Positions 60,590 through 64,000 of a DNA stretch of 64,000 nt are shown here, one piece after another. The notes beneath the pieces are model-generated. The model was not told the origin of the DNA, did not search any database, and saw only the letters and a program-made list of their open reading frames with translations. The stretch comes from Alloascoidea hylecoeti (Eukaryota): contig BCKZ01000020.1 in the NCBI GenBank assembly GCA_001600815.1, positions 274,831 through 338,830 on the forward strand, written 5' to 3'. Made by a program: the position numbers and the translations under genes. Each line of letters starts with the position of its first letter. Positions within the stretch are counted from its first letter, which is position 1.

Positions 60590-62585
60590 AACTATAATTA
60601 TATACTGAATTAATTAATACATTACAGTTTCATTCAACTCTTAGAGACCTGTTGTATAATAATTGCATATATTCGTTGATTCTGTGAGAGTGCGCCATAC
60701 ATCTACATTTTAGATCCAACTTTAAACTACATTTTCATATATAATTGTAAATCTAATTCACTTAGATTCTCAACCCTATTTTCATTTTAAGATATTTTCC
60801 ATAACATCATATCCAAGATCAAAAACTTTCAAAGATTCTGTGACTCTCTGATTTTGCCCCTTCATGAGCGCCAAGTGAACTTAAATTTTGTGTCTCTTTG
60901 GCAATCCTTGCGAAACTTCCTAAACCATATCTTTATGAACGTGTACATCGTTCACATAAGTAAGATCTATCTTCAGAGCCTAGGCATATTGAATAATAAC
61001 AAACCAACTTGGTTACAGATGAGTATAAATCCTAAATACTCATTGTTTTGACAAATCTATCATTATCGGACAATACGAAAAGCTTTCCATTATATATTGC
61101 AAGAACTTTTTCTGGGAATTCAAGTTTATCATACCTATACAAGGTTGAAGTATATTGTTGATAATCGGTATTTTGGGAGATTTTGATGAATGGATTCGTG
61201 TTCAGAGGCATAAAAAAGCTTTTTTGATTTATTATCATTAACAATACTATAATTTGATATATATTTATATTCAGGTGGAATACAGATAACATAGGAATTT
61301 CTGCTGGAGTTGATGCCTTTAGTGTTTCCGTATTTAGCTTCAAGACAACTCTTCTATGGCCATAGCAAGGAACTGTCCTTAAATTTTTTGAGAAAACCAT
61401 TGGGATCCGGAGAACCGTTGGGAATATGACATTCATTGCTAGGAATATATTTGTTGATTCTTCATCGTAATTGTCGCGTTCTTCAATTATAACATCAATA
61501 ATCTTCAATAGTCTCCTTATATAGAAAGGATATCTAATCACATAGAGATTTGGTTATTTTTCCTGTTGGGAGATGTAAAATATCATATTTACTCCCATAA
61601 AAGATTACATATTCTGATTTCTTAGATAGCCAGCGCATGCCTATTCCGAAGGTCTCCCACATCTTAGACCGATCCATAAGTTCGTGCCTTTCCATTACCG
61701 CCCTTTTTATTTTTTAAGCAGGATCCACACTCAGATTCTTGTAATGAAGTTAATCTATAAGGGGTTGCGGGCATGTAACAAGTGTAACTTTCGTGATGAA
61801 TTGATTAGAATGAATGTTCAGCTCCTCATACTTCCCTGAGATCAGGTAAATAAAGAGATATTAATGATTTCATAAAACTAATATTCATTGGACTTTTGAG
61901 TTGATCCTTTTTACTTTCCATTTGCAGTCGGTTATGAGTGTCATTGATTATGAGTTCGGGGAAACATTACCTTTAAGATTATGATCATAATAGTTATCAA
62001 ACACCTTTATGGTCCGAAGAGTCCGAATTTCCGAAGGTTCTGTAAATTCTTGCATAGTCTTATTGGCACTTATATTATATTATAAAAAATAATTTATAAC
62101 CTGAACCATTTTAAAGATTTTTTGATGAGAAACCTTTGCGAATGGATGCACATTTTCTTGAATTACTCTCTTTCCTTTTCCTTTCAATTATAGTTGTTAA
62201 CTATAGTAAGTATCTTTTACGATCTGATGGACTTAATAGAATTCTCTAAAGGTTATGACATTCATTATTCCAACCTTGAGAGACTCTTATAATGGTGAAA
62301 AATTCAAATAACGAATTATGAACCATATAATTCTTGAAAATGATGTTTAAATTTTCCGTTGGAAAGTATTTAACAGGGTCTACCCTTTCGCTTGTTGACT
62401 CTAAATCATTAGATCTTCTTGTTGATTGTTCATATCGTCTACTAGTGATGATTGTTTTAATTATGTGATCAGTGCTACAGTATTGACAGTATTGTCTTGT
62501 ATAAAAATAATATATAACTTTATAACTTTATATTATACTCTACAACTACCAGATTTGATAGATGCATAATCAGACTTGCGCATAT
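60590..62585 (-). pseudogene. Decayed F-box gene, copy B (inverted paralogue of 17870-20435)
   Basis: Shared blocks such as IIE.RDNYDEESTNIFLAM and TLKASTP; F-box DPVKYFPTE/NIIFKNYMVH near 62380-62310; carries different deletions from copy A. Confidence 0.75.
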
Positions 62586-62723
62586 TATTTATGTACTGTA
62601 ACTATAATTTTAAAGAGCAGATATAAAAACAAATTTAGAAATATAAAAATCAGAAATCAGAAGTAGAAATTCGAAATTTAACTAAAAGAAAGAAAGAAAA
62701 GCAAAAACAATAAGCAATATATA

Positions 62724-64000
62724 TTAATTGGCACTATTCAATCTTTCAGTACCAACATAAGTCCAACCACCAAATTGTTGTTGTACACTTTCACTTAAAT
62801 AATCTTCAACAACAGAATCCATTGGTAATTCATTTGTAAATTCTGAATCAAAATTAGAAGTATCCATTTGTCCAGATACTGGTGGTTTATATGGAGGGGC
62901 ATAGCCTTTATTATATAATCTTTTCCAATCAATTTTTTTAAAAAATAAATGTTGTTTAATTTCTTTTGCGCCATTATTACCAAGTCTTTTCATTGGGTCT
63001 CTATTTAATAAACCAGAAATAATTGATTTTGAATCACGATCTAAAAAATCTGGAAAAATTAAAGGATCTTTTAAAATTTTCCGATACATAACATTATGAT
63101 TTTCATCATAATATGGAGGTAAACCAGTTAACATTTCATAAAGTAAAATACCTAAAGTCCACCAATCAACTACTTTTGTATAAGGTTGACTCATTAATAA
63201 TTCAGGAGCTAAATATTCAGGAGTTCCACAAAAAGTACTTGTTGTATCCCCATCTTTCATATCTAATTTACATAGACCAAAATCACATAGAGCAATATGA
63301 CCAGTATAATCTAATAAGATATTTTCAGGTTTTAAATCTCTATAAATGATATCATAATGATGTAAACATTCTAAAGCAATTAATAATTCAGCAATATAAA
63401 ATCTTGAACGATTTAAATCAAATTTTCCTTCTCTTTGTAAATGATGAAATAATTCACCACCATTTGTAAAAGCTAAAACAAGATATAATTTTTCAGGTGA
63501 TTGAAAAGTAAATTTCATTGGTACAATAAAAGGATTATTAATTTTTGTTAGAACATTTCTTTCAGCTAAAGTATGAGTTACCTCAGATCTTGAAACAATA
63601 TGAGATTTTCTAATAATTTTTAAAGCATAAATTTGTTGAGTATTTTTTTTTTTGACTTGCATTACTTTACCAAAAGAACCTTTACCAATAACTTTTAATA
63701 AATCAAAATCATCAATTGATAAAGATTTTAATTTATTTGGTTTATAATCAATTGTTATATTAAATTGAAATTGAGAATTTGAATCAAGTGATTTCCATTT
63801 ATGATTCAATAATCTTAAAGAATTTGAGGAATTTGAAGAAGATAATTTTGGATCAATAATTGTTGTACCTAATAAAATATCACCTCTTTGTATAAATTTT
63901 GTATGTATATTTTGATCAATTTTTGAATTTGTAGTTGAATTATCATTTTCATTTGAATTTGAAGAGACCGCTGGAGTTGGTTGGGTTGTAATAATACTTG
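62724..64000 (-). CDS. YPK1: Ypk1/Ypk2-type AGC kinase; 5' end lies beyond the window
   Basis: LSIDDFDLLKVIGKGSFGKVMQV, SEVTHTLAER, TFCGTPEYLAPE, DSVVEDYLSESVQQQFGGWTY; the frame stays open to the window edge. Confidence 0.93.
   Translation of the reverse strand, partial: SIITTQPTPAVSSNSNENDNSTTNSKIDQNIHTKFIQRGDILLGTTIIDPKLSSSNSSNSLRLLNHKWKSLDSNSQFQFNITIDYKPNKLKSLSIDDFDLLKVIGKGSFGKVMQVKKKNTQQIYALKIIRKSHIVSRSEVTHTLAERNVLTKINNPFIVPMKFTFQSPEKLYLVLAFTNGGELFHHLQREGKFDLNRSRFYIAELLIALECLHHYDIIYRDLKPENILLDYTGHIALCDFGLCKLDMKDGDTTSTFCGTPEYLAPELLMSQPYTKVVDWWTLGILLYEMLTGLPPYYDENHNVMYRKILKDPLIFPDFLDRDSKSIISGLLNRDPMKRLGNNGAKEIKQHLFFKKIDWKRLYNKGYAPPYKPPVSGQMDTSNFDSEFTNELPMDSVVEDYLSESVQQQFGGWTYVGTERLNSAN

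Overview
Eukaryotic, AT-rich ascomycete (budding-yeast-like) genomic DNA. It uses the standard code (CTG sits at a conserved Leu in PBS2), has spliceosomal introns, and carries a complex I subunit gene. Housekeeping genes: SOG2, GSP1 (Ran), PBS2, ERV14, MEK1 (8 introns), a NAM8/NGR1-type RRM gene, RAD30, a PSP1-domain gene, NDUFB8, SWR1, an LDS/RRT8-like gene, ADA2, RPS17, an ADH6/7-like gene and a truncated YPK1. RNA genes: tRNA-Ser(AGA) and a solitary 5S rRNA gene outside any rDNA array. An accessory layer is interspersed: five F-box loci (two intact ORFs, one disrupted gene and two decayed copies of one ~2-2.5 kb unit, inverted and ~40 kb apart) and at least four decayed Tc1-type transposase relics that the ORF track misses. 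The most unusual intact gene fuses a bacterial Ada-type Zn/methylphosphotriester sensor and an AraC-type HTH to a ~500-aa low-complexity tail, a candidate alkylation-sensing transcription factor. All calls come from manual reading and recalled motifs; no searches were run.
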